NCBI GenBank assembly: GCA_050273025.1
Contig: CP158635.1
Span: forward strand, 17,112,001-17,176,000
From: Cenococcum geophilum
Taxonomy: Eukaryota
Length of the DNA: 64,000 bases
Reading direction: 5' to 3'
Shown here: positions 39,405-55,154 of the stretch, one piece after another
Layout of the letters: the number at the start of each line of letters is the position of its first letter
Position numbering within the stretch: position 1 is the first letter of the stretch
Notes under the pieces: model-generated
The model's input: the letters and a program-made list of their open reading frames with translations, nothing else
Database searches by the model: none
What the model was told of the DNA's origin: nothing
Made by a program: the position numbers and the translations under genes

Positions 39405-39794
39405 ATGACATATTAGACTGGGCTTTGCATTCAATTATCATCTTATTGAGGCGTTGGTAGCATGTTCGTCGTCAGGGCGGAAAACATTACTGGGGTTGCT
39501 GGACACTGGTGTCATGATATTAAACCCGGCGCTTCTATTCCAGAGAGCGGAATTCAGAAAGTATCACATTTAAGAACTATCCGCGCAGATTCGCCTTCAT
39601 AAAATGACTTCTAGGCACGTTTGTAATTTATGATCACATGCGCCTGACGCATTCCTACGTTGGTGATTGTTATCATTCACGCGTGACTCCGTATCTGAAT
39701 GGCGGTGTCATTTTCTATCTATATAAATCACCACCCTCATTAAGTTCTTAAAGTTACACTGACCCTTACAGCAGCCTACGATATAGGTCTAAAA

Positions 39795-40386
39795 ATGTCT
39801 CAGCGTTCAGCCAAGTATGCTTCCATTATATAATCCTCCCGCACAGGTCAAGGTGGGAGGCGTAACCACTGTAACTAACCAAGGAACAAATCTTACTTCC
39901 CTTCCCTCACAACCTTCAGAACAGAAATCACAGATACCGAGAGATAGATATCATTCAAACTCACCAGGGTACTCATCCTATCAGCCTGCGATCAATAACA
40001 ACACTATTGTTTCACCACATAACTACGTCTACGATGAGAGTGGTTCAATCCCCGACACATACAATGATTATCACGAAGAAATCCGCCTCTACACCTGCTG
40101 CAATACCTGGCTTAATGGTTTCTAGCTCCGTGCACAAGACTGGGTACTTGCCAACCTCCAACACACCGACATCACCTTTGACACCCATTGCCACACTACG
40201 CAGAGCTACCTCGAGGGCGGCAACGTCTTCTACTTCCTATACATGCCAGAGGCTTACCTGCACGACACCACATCCATTGGCCTATATATCCACAGCAATG
40301 ACGCTTATTCGGAGATGAACTGGGTGACATACGAACCCCCTTTGAAAGGCATAATCGAGAAGTGGAAAGACGAGGGCATGGTTTAG
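39795..40386 (+). pseudogene. Possible degenerate gene with one internal TAG (40123-40125)
   Basis: The frame of ORF 39817-40125 continues with protein-like sequence to ...WVTYEPPLKGIIEKWKDEGMV* at 40386. Confidence 0.3.
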
Positions 40387-41148
40387 TGCGTCAAAACGTA
40401 CTCTAGAAAAAGTAAACTTGCAGCAGATTGCTGGTTGCATAAGGCATACTTTTTGACATTAACAGAACAAAATCCAGGCAACTTATTCAGTCGACGGACG
40501 CCGCCACCGACACCTCCGGTTTTCGCAGTATAATCATATTTTTCTGGAGTCATAGAAACCTACTTTTGGTGTAGCACAAACGGTGGGGGATCGAGCAGAC
40601 AGTGACGGACCGAGGTGCTAGGCTTAAGAGAGTGATGTACCAATTGGGGTGTACAAGAGTACATGCCTTTTTAGAACTTCTTTCGAGAATTTGATAAAGT
40701 TTCTTGTCTGTGTTCTTTGTATGAGGTGCTCTTAGTAATGGATTTATCTCTTCAGCATGTGTATGTAAACTTCTGTTTGGTACACAGACGTTAATATCAA
40801 TATTTCTTCAATAGCAGTGTTATTGGGGAGGCTCTGGCTGCCTCACTTTCTACATTCCCGGAATATCATTAGACTCAAACCCATGACTGCAAAGCCATGA
40901 TTTGGAAAAGATGAGCATTTGTGCTGCAAGATTCAGCTAGAGGCAGGATTTGAGATAGAGCAGTTATACAAGATTCAAACGGTGTCTGACGCCCCGAAGG
41001 GCTACAAACACCAACCCTTCAAAACAAAGGCCTTTCTAAAGGCATATATAGCCGAACGCCACCTAGCCCCATGCCTAATCACATCACATCATCCCATTAT
41101 TCTAATCCAAACCCCGAATACGGAACACAGAAGTGAAAACGTAGCCCT

Positions 41149-44100
41149 TTAACCCATCTCCTCAACTGCACAATTAGGATGCATGACATACATGACCCTA
41201 CCCTCTGTCTGTAGTCCCTGGCCTTGCTCGTCTGCCAGACCCTCGCCACGAATTTGCATAAGTATGTTATCCTATTGCCATATTAACAACTAACTTCGTT
41301 GTAACAAGCGCCCATGACATGAAAGAGTATGGTAAAGGGAAGAAACGTACCTTAACCATCCTCCTCAAAACTTTCTTAGCCAACTTCCGCTCATTCTCCA
41401 AATCCTCCTGCGTTTCCAGCTCCGCCTCCTTCTGCTCCAAATACCACACCAGCAACTCCTCCTCCTCAACACCATCTTCCGCTGCCGTCTGGTCGTCATT
41501 TACGCGCTGTACCAAAAGGTTTAGAAGAGACATGTACTTGTCATACGTGATCTTCGTGCGCTCCCTCTGCGGTGCTGGGGTGCTTGATGGTGCCCGCACA
41601 CTCGCAGGTCCAGCCTCTGCAGCGTTCATATCGTGGTCCGCATCCGCCATCGGGGAATCGCCATCCGCAGCAGCGGCAGCAGCCTCCTCGTCATCATCTT
41701 CAACCTCGACATCGTCCTTCTCGACCGAGATAATACTCTGACGCAGCAAGTTGTACGCCTCGCGCACGAACTCGGGCGTGACTTCACTTACGCAGGTCGC
41801 CTTCGCAATAGCCTCAGACAAACGAATCATACTCTCGAGCTGACGCACCGTGATGCGGTAGCTGTTGCGGCCGATGCCACCCTGGGCGTCATCGGCGCGT
41901 AGCTCCTTGTACTTCTCGACCAGGGTGGCTTTAGCCTCGGGAGTGAATTCGGGCTTAAAAGTACGTGCGAACCGGATGTACCGTTGCAACTGCTCGGTAC
42001 TGAATTCGGGTTGCACGGCATCGTCGCGCAGCCGATGGATGCCGACAATATGCTCGGCTAGATGCCTGTCAACGGCTTCGTCGCACTCATCTAGGACCAC
42101 GAAAAACAGGTCAAAACGGGACATGATGGGCGCGCTCATGTTGACGTTTGCGCGGAGGGTAGTTTTGCGGTTATATCGTCCTCCGACCGGATTGGCAGCA
42201 GCGAGGATGGAGGTTCGGGCGTTAAGTGTTGCTTGAATACCTGCTTTGGCGATGGAGATGGTTTGCTGTTCCATAGCTTCGTGAATCGCAACTTGATCTG
42301 CTATGTCCATCTTGTCGAACTCGTCGATGGCGCAGATACCGTTATCTGCAAGCATAAGAGCACCGGCTTCGATTGTGAATTCTCCTGTTTCTTCATCTTT
42401 TACAACAGCAGCCGTGAGACCAGCAGCAGAGGATGCTTTACCGGAGGTATAGACGGCACGTGGAAGAAAGCTGCAGATGTATTTCAAAAATTGGGATTTC
42501 GAGGTTGAAGGGTCGCCAACGATGCATATGTTAATGTCTCCACGGAGGGCCATGCCTTCAGGGGTCTCTTTGGACACGCCACTCATCAGCTGGAGCAAGA
42601 GGCCTTTTTTAATGACTTGATGGCCATATACCATAGGTGCGATAGAGTCAACTAACCGCATGAAGATGTTGGGTTTATGCACCATATTTCTCAGATCCTC
42701 AATTTCAGCAGGAGTAAGTGTGGCAAGATATTCCGCCTGTGCTTCTTCTCCAGTAGCTGTTGTTTCGAGAGGCAAGGTCTGATTTAGAGAAGCAAGGATG
42801 TTGCCAGCTTGCCCTGTGAGATGCTGATTCGCTGCTTGGCCAGGTGTGGAAGTATCGGGAGTTACCATGCAGGCCAGGAATGCCATGCGGTATGTCAAAT
42901 CGCGGACGCCCAAGGCTTTAAGCCCACTAACTCCGTTTCCGCCCACATCGCTACCTCGAGGCGCATTCGAGTTGTCCCGAGTAGCCTGCGGCCTCACACC
43001 CGGTACGCGGAACTGGCTGACATCCGGAATGACAATTACCGTGCCGGTGAAAATGCATTTCTCACCCGCTTTCGCCCGGTCCACCATTTCGCCTCGCAGA
43101 ATCACATCCATGGTGCGTGGCATGCTACCCGTTGGTATCTCTGAACTGTTCTCCTGAATGCGAACTTTCTGCCAGTCAACGAACGTGGATTGACGTATGT
43201 CTAGCCGCCAACCTTGTCGATTACCGCAGACCTGATTAGGGCATTGAGTTGGTTCCGTGTAGCGGAATGTCTGCTCGATGTTGGGTACAACAGTATTGCA
43301 GACTTCGCAGATGAAAGTTGCAAGAGAGAGCTCCGGCCTGACTTCAGATGTACGAGTTACAGTTCCAGAGATTGAGAGAAGGCTACCAATGGAAGAAGTT
43401 CGAAGTTGACGGACGCGAGATACAAGTGGTAGATTATAGAAGGCGAGGGTGAAGATTTTATCGGTTTGCTGGTGAGTAGTCTTATCATTAAGAAATTCAT
43501 TCTGGCTTGTAGCATTGCCGGCAACGGACGAGTTAGCCACGGAGGTGGCAGAGGTAGGTTGGCGATGCTCACGGAAGTACTGTGGCTCGTACTTTGCTAT
43601 GAGGTTGTGTAATGCGCGAACCATATATGGCAGGAAGCGATAATATTCGCTGGCTACCGCTGCTGCAACAACGCCGTCTTCGTGTCTGAGGAGGTGTGTG
43701 AAGTCGACATAAAGAGTAGAGAGATTATAGAGGCGTAAGCCGTGGATTTGGGCGATGTAGTACTTGTCGGTAGTTTGGATACTTGACGCCGGTGCGCCTG
43801 AGGATGTTGGATCTTCGGTATACCTGTACAACTTTTATTGGTAATTATGCCTTCATAGTCCGTAAGATCCGCTCACCCTTCTAGGAACTCCTCGAAACGC
43901 TGCGATAATGTTTCTCCTGTAACATCCACAACTTTTGGAATGTCTCCTCTTGGCCCATTTGCTCGGCGGCCTGGCCCCCGTGCACCAATAACCTCATCAT
44001 CTGGAAATCCTTCGATATCGCTGTTGGCGCCGGCACTTTCTGAAGGAGGTGCTCGCGGTCTTGAGGAAGGTGTCTGGTTGCTTCGTCGCGTTGTTCCAGG

Positions 44101-44178
44101 ATCACTTGAAGGTGTCGCTGCAGCTAGATCGCGATCAAGAGTATCTGAATTGAGAACAGCATCCACTAATGAAGACAT
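41149..44178 (-). CDS. MCM6: DNA replication licensing factor Mcm6, 3 exons
   Basis: GTVTRTSEVRPEL, Zn finger CEVC...CPNQVC, PTGSMPR, GDPSTSKSQ, IDEFDKM, MSRFDL, and C-terminal ...VMHPNCAVEEMG*. Confidence 0.96.
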
Positions 44179-44706
44179 TTTGGGCAGGGTGAGATGAAGG
44201 TAAAGTTGACGTTTGCTGGTGGTAGGCTTTCAGGAGTTTTCTTAGTGGGATGAAGTCGACGCGCCAAAACGCGACTTTGATTGCCAAGAGGTAGGGGAGG
44301 ACGCGATCTCAATTAAGTCCTGTTTCGGACTAGCGTAGAATGATCTAGCAAGGAGATCCGGGCTTCTCCAACAAGTTTCGCGGGGACCACGGAAATCTGT
44401 TCCTCATACGTCTTAATGCGTGTGCAATAGGGCGGCTTTAACTTCGCAGCATTGGTCATCCAAATACCCACTAGTTCTCCAGCTGCGATTCCGTTCTGAA
44501 AGCCGAATTCTCCATGAATATTTCCTTCTTCCCACTTCCAGCGTCACAACTGCAAATTATCAGATCCACCACAGTTGCCTATGAGACAAGGGAAGACACG
44601 TCTCAGACATTAATTCGGCCGAATCCATGCCGGTTCCTTTGATAGGCTGATGCGTTATGTACAGTCTACCAATCATGCAAAAGGAAAGAGTCATCAAGCA
44701 AACCGT

Positions 44707-46007
<1,301 letters not shown>

Positions 46008-48558
46008 GATTGTGGGGGGTAGTAGATCCAAGAGTACGTGGGTGCTGATTGTTTCGATAGGTATGGTTTTACGGGGGTGTTCTTCTTGCCGCCCCGGATT
46101 CGGTGCAGATGACGTGCAGTTTTGGTGTTAGAAGCACACGCCAACAGTTTCAAAAAGTGAGGTTTGCACAATCTAAAACAAAAGGAAGATAGCTGGTCGG
46201 TGAGTGTCGAAGGTGTCCTGGACGCAGTAGAGTGCGGGGAAGGATTGAGAAGAATATCTTGTTAGTGGGTAGGTTGCACCCACCAGCTCTCTGGTGTTGT
46301 GGTGGAAAGCCAAGCTCAACACCGTGACCACCAAATTTGCCGAACCCGAAACAGAACTCGCCCCTTTGCAAATTTCTCCAGCTTCACCTCTCACTCTCAG
46401 CTAAAATGATGAGATGTGAGATCTTTAGTACTCGACATAAAGTTTTGAGTCATACAGAGCAGGTCATCAGCAAAATTGCCTGGACTAGCAGTCTAATCCT
46501 CGAAGAAAAAGGGATTCGCAGGAGCATCACTTAATTCAGACAATTCCTGAAGAGGCCCAAAGATTTTGTTAAATTGCTACCTACTAATTGAATTAGCGTT
46601 GCTAGTTGAATGCTCAGAAATCCATCACAGAAACATGCCCGCTTTCGCATCACGCCGAAACTTCAATTTTCTCCCACTCCCGCAACCAAAGCAGAATTAC
46701 CCCAGAAGTGTTATCTACTCACTTTCCCTAATAAATTAAGCAGTACATGGACACTTGGACACTTGGACACACCATGACGCGATATATTGATTAGGAACAG
46801 ACTGGGGCGAGCAATTGGATTTAGTCTCAATGCATCAGCCGTGCCGAACACATAGATTTCTGTAGAGCTTGTAGTAATTATTTGGAAGATAGATCTAATC
46901 GATGTTGCCGATGCAAGCGTGTTGCCGATGCAAGCGTATTGCCGTCCAAACCCATCACAGCCTGACTTACCCGCATTGCAAACTCTATAGATTCACAGGC
47001 TCCAGTACCCAATTCTCAAACGTTGGTACCCCCCTCGCTACCAAGCTACATTTCTTTGTATCAAATAGGCAAGTTTTGAAGAACCAGTTCCAGTTCTTCG
47101 TCAGGCACTACCATTCTAATTTACGAAACTGAAGACCGTAGTCAAAGCAGAACCGGAATATCAGGCTCTGTTTATTCGAACACTAATCCGTAAGTTCACT
47201 TTCTATTGTGGGACCAGAGGGAATTGAAAAGGATTTACTTCCCAACATGCCGGTAATCCTTGAAATTGCAGTAGTAGATCTTCAATTCTTTGAAAGGGTA
47301 CACCTGGTCTGTGGCGCATTAGTGTGTTCTCGCAGGAAAATCACCAACTTTCCATCTAACTCTCCCGAAGCTTGCTCGGCCATGGTTATTTCGTAGTCCT
47401 CCAATGGCAGTATTCTATGCATACGGAATTGTCATAGACACAACTATGTAAATATATTTCATAGTGGTTCATGTTGTTCTTTAAGAGCAGGACCTTATGC
47501 ATTCGTCATCCTCCTTCGAGATGTCTGCAAGGTTTCTGCTACGGAGATATCCACAAAGGGTGCAGGCATTATTGTTGCATGTATCCCAAGAGACACTCGT
47601 CGCATGTTGTTCTTCAGTGTAACCTTCAGCTTGGAAATTCTGGCAACATCTGGTGATCGTTATAAAAAGCGACCCTTTTTTTCCAGATCCAACGGCTTGT
47701 CAGGCTCAGGTTCATAGTAGAATTCTGGCTGTTTGGTTTGTTCCCTGGCCAGTAAGTAGCTTAAACTGTAAAATGACGTATTCTCAACTTCATCGACATG
47801 ACCATTAGGCGCTGCCAAGATGATTTCCAGCACATAGCATCTTCACTTTTGATAAGACTCTCGAGGATTATTTATCCCTGCATAATGCTGGGAGCATTTC
47901 ACTAGAAAGGCTTGAGGCGGAAGTAGTCTGGATCTATCCGTGTGCCTCTAGAAGATAGTTAAAGAGTATTAAGACACGATACGCGAAAGCAATCGATGTT
48001 CCAGCTGAAGTTTTCGGTTTTTACCGTGGGGCTCCTTAAATGGGGGCTCCTTAGCGAGTGTATCAACAATAATATAGTAAGACCTAGAGATCCTACGAGA
48101 GACTTAATAATTCTTTCTCTCCGTATAAGCTCATAAATTCACTTAATGCAGTATGCTTCTAAAATTCTTCGTTAGAGAACTTTACATCGTCTGGAAAACT
48201 CAAGAGCTTCAGATTCTACGCAAAAGATTACTGCTTTCCAAGAACTTTCGAGGTTGCCAATCAAGGATCCTAATTATCATTCTTTTGACAAAGACATCGT
48301 GAATCAGATCGTGGTGTTGAGAAGCGCGAACTGGTCCGTGTGGTGGTTCCTGCATGAGAAATTCACCGCCTACAGAAACACTACGTTTGACCGCCTCTAT
48401 AACAGGCTAGCGCGATCTCGCTTCAGCCGGGCGTCGCTCATTGTATTGTTTTGCGCTTGACAACGGCTTTCTTCCCTTCTTCAACTTCATCCTCTTCCTC
48501 ATTCTCCGTCTTCTTGCATCGCACGACTGTCAAAGTTGATACGACCACTCGACTTGAC

Positions 48559-51297
48559 ATGGCGCTGGGCGACGCCACCTCCTCTTGGGAGCAGTTTCTC
48601 GATTCTCCGCTTCTCCCTTTAGAGGACCTCGTTTCTTCACCTCCACGATCGAAGCGCACGCATGCCGAAGCATTTCCGATGTCTGGAGCTATACGGTCTA
48701 GTCCGATATTACTTGTATGTCATGATACGCTCTGTTTTACCACCTACCACGCTTCCGAACCTTAGCCTCTCCGTCGTGTCTCGCGCTGACCTTCTATACC
48801 CAAGCCATCTACAACCGACGACGCGCAAACAACGCCCGCATCTAAATCTTGCCCCTATATTGCTCCCACTTCTTCTCCTACGCATGAATCCACCGCTTCG
48901 ATGTCATCCAAATCGGTAGTAGCACATGGACGTTCTATTAGGGCTATGCCCGCTCCAGCCGCTCCGGAAGCCGCTCCAGCCGGTGCAGGCCGCTTCGGAC
49001 TATCTTCTGCTTTCACAAACATTTTCAGTTGGGCTCCTATGCTCTCCAATGTCACTGTATATCTGCGGAACATGATTCCAGAACGCCAGACGCGCGAATA
49101 TATACAACGACAAAGAATCGCTGCAGTCCCAGTAGGCAGTAGTGAGAGCGTCAAGAGGATATATTTGGACATTAACGACACTACCGAGGACCTAAGTGGT
49201 CTCAAAAATCTCACTCCAAAATCCATGCCAGGGTCATTCCCGAAAACACCACGCGCGCCATCTCCACGCCATCGCAAGCCACTCAAGGATAACATTTCGA
49301 CTCCCCGCAAGCCGTTAAGTATACCTGCCGTGGCCCAGTCCCAGAATCAACCAGATGGAATTGCTCCTGCAATTCCCAAAGTACAGGCAAAATCAAGCTC
49401 TGAGCCTCAGTCATGGCCAGTCAAAGCGCACCATCGCTCAATACATAGCAAGTTGAGCAAAGACAGCAAACATGCCAAGAGCGAACGAAATATGTCCACC
49501 TTCAAAGCTATTCTTGACATGCAGCGCGTCGCACAAAACGATAGACGAAGGAGGCTTCACCTTGCGGCGAAATCTGAGCCGCGCATCAAGCATAGCCCGG
49601 AAATGCTTGCTCGAGTTGCTGCAAGTAAGCTGCTAGTTGAACAGGAGCTCTACCTAAAGAACCACCAACCGCTCTCTTCCGGCCTTCGACCTGTCGATCT
49701 ACACAGAGTAGAATCTCATCTCAGACCAAGGCCTCACCCAACACAAGAAGCTCGGGAGAAAGCAAAGGCGGAGTTTGAATCCTTAAAGAACAATTCGTCA
49801 ATCGGCGGGGGTGCTTCACAGCACCACCCTGAAACTCAGATCAATGAAGACGCTGCAGGAAATTCCCATGATACAGAGTCGGTCGATCCTATGGGCGTCG
49901 ATGTGTTGACAGCTGGAGACGTACCATCCGCACTGCCTTCAAAACATGTGCACGTTGAGCATAACGCCGTTCATGGTGGTCTGCGCGTTCGAGTAAAAGA
50001 ATTTTGGAAAGACCTCCCGATCAATCGCGACGTCAAAAAAGAGACAGCGGACGGCCGTCATCTTGGAACACCTTTTCGCCACCCTCGAGCTAGCGCCGAA
50101 CAGAAGGACACACCAAATGCTCTCGATAGCACTATATTCGATCTCTTGGCTCCTATAGATTCACCACACTCATTCCCAGAGCTGAGTTCTCAATCACCAG
50201 CCGCTCGAGTAGACGATAGTGAACCATCTCTTATTGAAGGTGTCACTCAGGCATTTGAAAATTGGCAACTGAAAGATTGTCTTGAGTTGGAGTTATCCAC
50301 ACCTGTTCAAAAGAAACGGGAAGCAGCAGCCCGAGCCCAGAAAGCCAGAGAGGAGGAGGAAAAAAGGCGCGTAGAAGCGAGGAAGCGCGAGGAAGCTGTT
50401 AGGAAGAAAGCAGAACTTGAACGCGAGCAAGAGGCGCAGAGGCTAAGGGAGGAAGCGGAGCGAGCCGCCGCTAAACGACTAATAAATCCACTTTCCGAAT
50501 CATGGAAAACCCAGCTGGAGCAAGTCGCGGCGAAGGCTAGAGGCGAATTTAAACGGGCATTTGACGACAAGACTAGTGGCAAAGGAATGAGCGATAGTCA
50601 AAAGCTTGTTGTCAGACAAACCATCCAGAGAGGAATTTCGATCGGAAACCTGAGCATGCACGACTTCGGTACCCTCCTTGCAAGAGATTTCCTAGGCAGC
50701 GACATAGGATGGCTCAACGACGAAATCATCAATGCGTATCTAAAACTCCTCGTCCAACGCGAGCAAGAAAAACGTGGCTACAATAAAGCCTCGAAAGCTG
50801 CACCCCCTGTCCATGCCTTCCCCTCTCAGTGGCATGAAACTGTCAAGAACGCGAACAGCTGCAAGGCAATCAGTCGCTGGACAAAGAGGGCTTTACTTGG
50901 AGGACCACAGTTGCTTGGCGCTAGTCTCGTTCTATTTCCTATCTGCGACGGAAGCCATTGGACGCTACTTGCCATCTTCCCGCAGGAGCGCAAAATCGAA
51001 TACCTAGACAGCCTCTACACCTACGGGGAGGACAGGTTCATCTGTTGGGCTCGCGATTGGCTGAAAGTGGAGCTGGGGGAGCTCTATGTAGAGGACGAGT
51101 GGGATGAGGTCGTTAAAAGAAGCGCAAAGCAAGATAACGGCAGCGATTGTGGAGCCTTCACATCACTCAACGCCCTTGCCCTAATTCGGGGTATGGAGCC
51201 CGGAGAAGTCGTGACTCATACGAATATGAAAGATGCACGACGCCAGATCGCTGCAACATTGCTGCAGGGAGGAGCACATGGCGAATTCGATTTCTAA
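48559..51297 (+). CDS. ULP1: Ulp1-family (peptidase C48) SUMO protease; predicted intron 48715-48804
   Basis: C-terminal WLNDEIINAY, SHWTLL, YLDSL and QDNGSDCG (His-Asp-Cys triad), preceded by a coiled coil and a long low-complexity N-terminus. Confidence 0.85.
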
Positions 51298-53569
51298 TTT
51301 TGCTGGTTTTGGATCATTTTGGACCTTCAAAAGGGTGATTTTCAGCTACTTTTCAGCTACGAATGAATGCATTATGATATATGACATAGATACCCAATAC
51401 CCCGAGCTCTAGGCTCTCTGAGCTGTACAATACATAGATTTCCAGTCATGAAGATGATTACTGTTCTTGCACGTGAAATGAACCTATTTAGGCTATCTTT
51501 AATTAGTGGCTTACCCTGAATTTGTCACACATCTATTCATACGACGCTTTAAATCCTTACTTTATCTTTTGAACAGTTTAAATGTCCTAATGAAAATATA
51601 TTAAATATATAATCATTATTTATTAGGCATGATACATCCAGTATTTATCATTAAATCGAGAAATATCAGGGTACAACTGGAGCCTCCACTCCGCGCCGTC
51701 ACATATTTAGAAAGAAAGAAAGGGCAGAACATGTATATCTGAAGTCTATGGTAGATTTTACTCGCAAGGCTTTCCTATCCTAATTTTGTAAAAATAATAA
51801 CGGTCCATTCTACTATTTAATAAAGGCATTCACAAAATGTAATAAATCCTACTGTGTAACTCAAATTGGATCTCTATTAATGTTCCAGTCGCTCCTAGTT
51901 TACTACTCTATTCGCCCCCATTAAATTAAACTGTTCCAGTGGAGTCTCAGTCCACAGAGCCTGCTGTGCGACGCCTTGATAGAATGGGCCAGTGCACTGA
52001 CCACTTCATAGATATCTCCTGGAGCGATCGAGCTCTGTAGATTCTTCCTCATAAAGCTCTACGCCCATCTTCTCGCCATGCCTGTTCGGTAGTCTGAACA
52101 AGTATAAAACTATCCGTCAAAAAATCACGTGGGCCTGATTATAAGTTATGAAAGGGCATTTGAAGTTCTAATGCAGGGAAGACGATGTAGCTTCGAAGCT
52201 TTACGAAGGACACAGTCAAGCCGAGAGATTGTAACTAAATCCCCTATAGAGGGTTTACCTTGTTCGGAGGCTGTTGAAATCAATGTCTATGCGTGGGGTG
52301 ATTGGAATTAACTTTCGGGTCCGACCAATTCTATCCCTTCGTGTGGCAATGATTTCAAGGACTTTTCGTATATGCACGCCTCATAAGCCAATCTAGAGGC
52401 TCTATACTGTATAGAGCTTGGCGTTAAAGCCTCTGGTCAGTGCGATTTCTCGACAGCAAGGGTGCTGGCGCCTCATTGACGCTTGGATATCGAATAACCG
52501 CTAGTTAAACCGTTCAACCACTTGTGGCACTTAATACACCTCATTTAACGTATATAGCACGTCCTCCCTATAACCTTAAGCTGGTCCTTTACCGGCTTAT
52601 CCTTATTAACTTTATGAACGCGTATAAAGCGACTCTAATAGAGGATTTTCCTATATAACCAGCAGCTGGTTAATGGAGGAAAGGTAGAAACCTCATAACG
52701 TTATATATCACGACTCTTTGCCTAACTTCCTCAATATATATATATAGGTGTTTTTAGTGGTGGCCTTCTGCAGCATTTCATCGGCATCGCAATATTGACG
52801 CGTTTTGGTGAGGCTTGCTAATAAAAAAACGCTAGCAAGGGTGCCTGCAGCATGCTAACCCAGGCAGGAGCGCCTAAAGCGCCCAATACGAAAAGTCACA
52901 CTTGCCAGACGAAGGGATAACGTCCGAGCCACCCGATCGAGCCAACCCCCCGATCGAGCCACCTACCAAAATCTACTAATTTTAATCTTTTATAACTCTA
53001 CTACCACAATATACATTTAGCTAGAATTTTAAATACAAACTTTTTAAAGCATATATAGTTAAAATATATTATTAAATTAATATATATATTAATATTAATA
53101 TTAAAACTAAAATTATTATTTTAAAAATTACTATATTAACTTAAATATATATAATTAATTTTAAAAAACTATATAAATAAAAAGCTTCTATATATAGATA
53201 GCTGTATTTAAAATTTTACTTGAATATCTTTAATAGGGGTGGAGTTATAAAAGGTTAAAGTTAGTAAATTTTGGTGCATCGGCAAAATATTGTCCCTTGT
53301 AAATGACCTCAGCTGCTAGAAGTTGGCGTCGTTGGCGGGCCATTAAGGGCATTGACCAACTTGACAAACCAGCCTATGTTAAGTTCATTTGACACGCAGC
53401 CTGCGCGCAGCCTGCGCATAGCCTGCGTAACCTACGCAACCTGCGCAACCTACGCAACCTACGCAACCTACGCAACCTATATAACTTATAATTTTAGATA
53501 ATAAAGGCTACTTTAAAGCCGTTTATAAAGCTATCAAGATAAATTATATACACTTCTTTATATAATCTA

Positions 53570-53978
53570 TTATGTCTACATCTACTACCTGTCTGCATCG
53601 TCTACCTATCTACATCACCTACCTATCTGCATTACCTACCTGTCTGCATTACCTACCTGTCTGCATCACCTACCTGTCTGCATTATCTACCTGTCTGCAT
53701 CGTCTACCTGTCTACATCACCTACCTATCTGCATCACCTACCTGTCTGCATCGCCTACCTATCTGCATCGTCTACCTGTCTGCATCGTCTACCTATCTGC
53801 ATCGCCTACCTATCTGCATCGTCTACCGGTCTGCATCATCTACCTATCTACATTACCTACCTATCTGCATCACCTACCTGTCTGCATCGCCTACCTGTCT
53901 GCATCGCCTACCTATCTGCATCGTCTACCTATCTGCATTGTCTACCTATCTACATCGCCTACCTATCTGCATCTGCCT
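53570..53978. repeat. ~17-bp minisatellite (TCTACCTATCTGCATCG variants)
   Basis: Direct tandem iteration. Confidence 0.9.
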
Positions 53979-54194
53979 ATAGTGTCTAATTTAATTTGGG
54001 GGAGAGGTCGGCCCGATTAAAGGCTCTAATTAATTCGAATCGTTCTCCATAGCCGTTCGCTAGCTGTATATTCAAACAGTAGTTATCTAGGGTGCCTCCC
54101 TAGGAGGCCTTGATTCGATTCGATTCGGTAATAGGCTCTAAATTAATTCAATTAATCGATTAAATCGTTCGTGGTGTTCGCTGGCTAGTTATTC

Positions 54195-54585
54195 GAACGG
54201 TCGTCGTCTGGTTCTAGTAACGGTCGTCTACTAGTTCTAGCAACGGTCGTCTGGTTCTAGCGACGGTCATCTAGTTCTGGCGACGGTCATCTAGTTCTAG
54301 CGACGGTCGTCTAGTTCTGGCAACGGTTGTCTAGTTCTAGCAACGGTCATCTGGTTCCAGCAACGTTCGTCTAGTTCTAGCGACGGTTATAGTTCTAGCA
54401 ACGGTTGTCTAGTTCTGGCGACGGTCGTCTAGTTCTGGCGACGGTCGTCTAGTTCTAGCAACGGTCGTCTAGTTCTGGCGACAGTCATCTAGTTCTAGCG
54501 ACGGTCGTCTAGTTCTAGCGATGGTTATAGTTCTGGCAACGGTTATCTAGTTCTAGTGACGGTTGTCTAGTTCTGGCAACGGTCC
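54195..54585. repeat. 20-bp minisatellite (CTAGTTCTAGCAACGGTCGT); second shorter array at ~54920-55040
   Basis: Direct tandem iteration with transition-type variants. Confidence 0.9.
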
Positions 54586-55154
54586 TCTCCTACCTACCTA
54601 CCTGCCTGCCTACCTACTTATCTGCCTACCTACTTATTTATCTACCTACCTACCTACCTACCTATCTACCTACCTGCCTGCGTCAGTGTCTAGTTTAATT
54701 CGGGGGAGGAGTCGGCCTAATTAAAGGCTCTTATTAATTCGAATCGTTCTCTATAGCCGTTCGCTGGCTATATATTTAAACGGTAGTTGTCTAGGGTGCC
54801 TCCCTAGGAAGTCTTAATTTGATTTAGTAATGGGCCGATATTAAAGCTCTAGTTTAATTCAATTAATTAATTAATTAAATTGTTTATGGTATTTGCTAGC
54901 TAGTTGTTTAAACAGTTATCGTCTAATTCTAGCGACGGTTATCTAGTCCTAGCAACAGTCGTCTAGTTCTAGCAACGGTTATCTAGTTCTAGTAACGGTT
55001 GTCTAGTTCTAGCAACGGTTGTCTAGTTCTAGCGACGGTCCTCTGCTGGCTGCCGTTCCAGTACCTCCTAAGGTAGGGAGGATATAAGGAAGGGTAAAAA
55101 ATAAGGTGGCTGTAAAGGGGGTAACTTGGCAGAGGCACGTGCGGGGACCCGATA

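Noticed and set aside
46900..48200. Possible decayed gene between PP2A and ULP1; similar stretches at 7300-7960, 9900-12700 and 51900-52450
   Set aside because: Only short motif-less ORFs; nothing I can support by eye.
54195..55040. CRISPR-like regular repeats
   Set aside because: Units are contiguous with no unique spacers, there are no cas genes, and the context is eukaryotic. This is a minisatellite.
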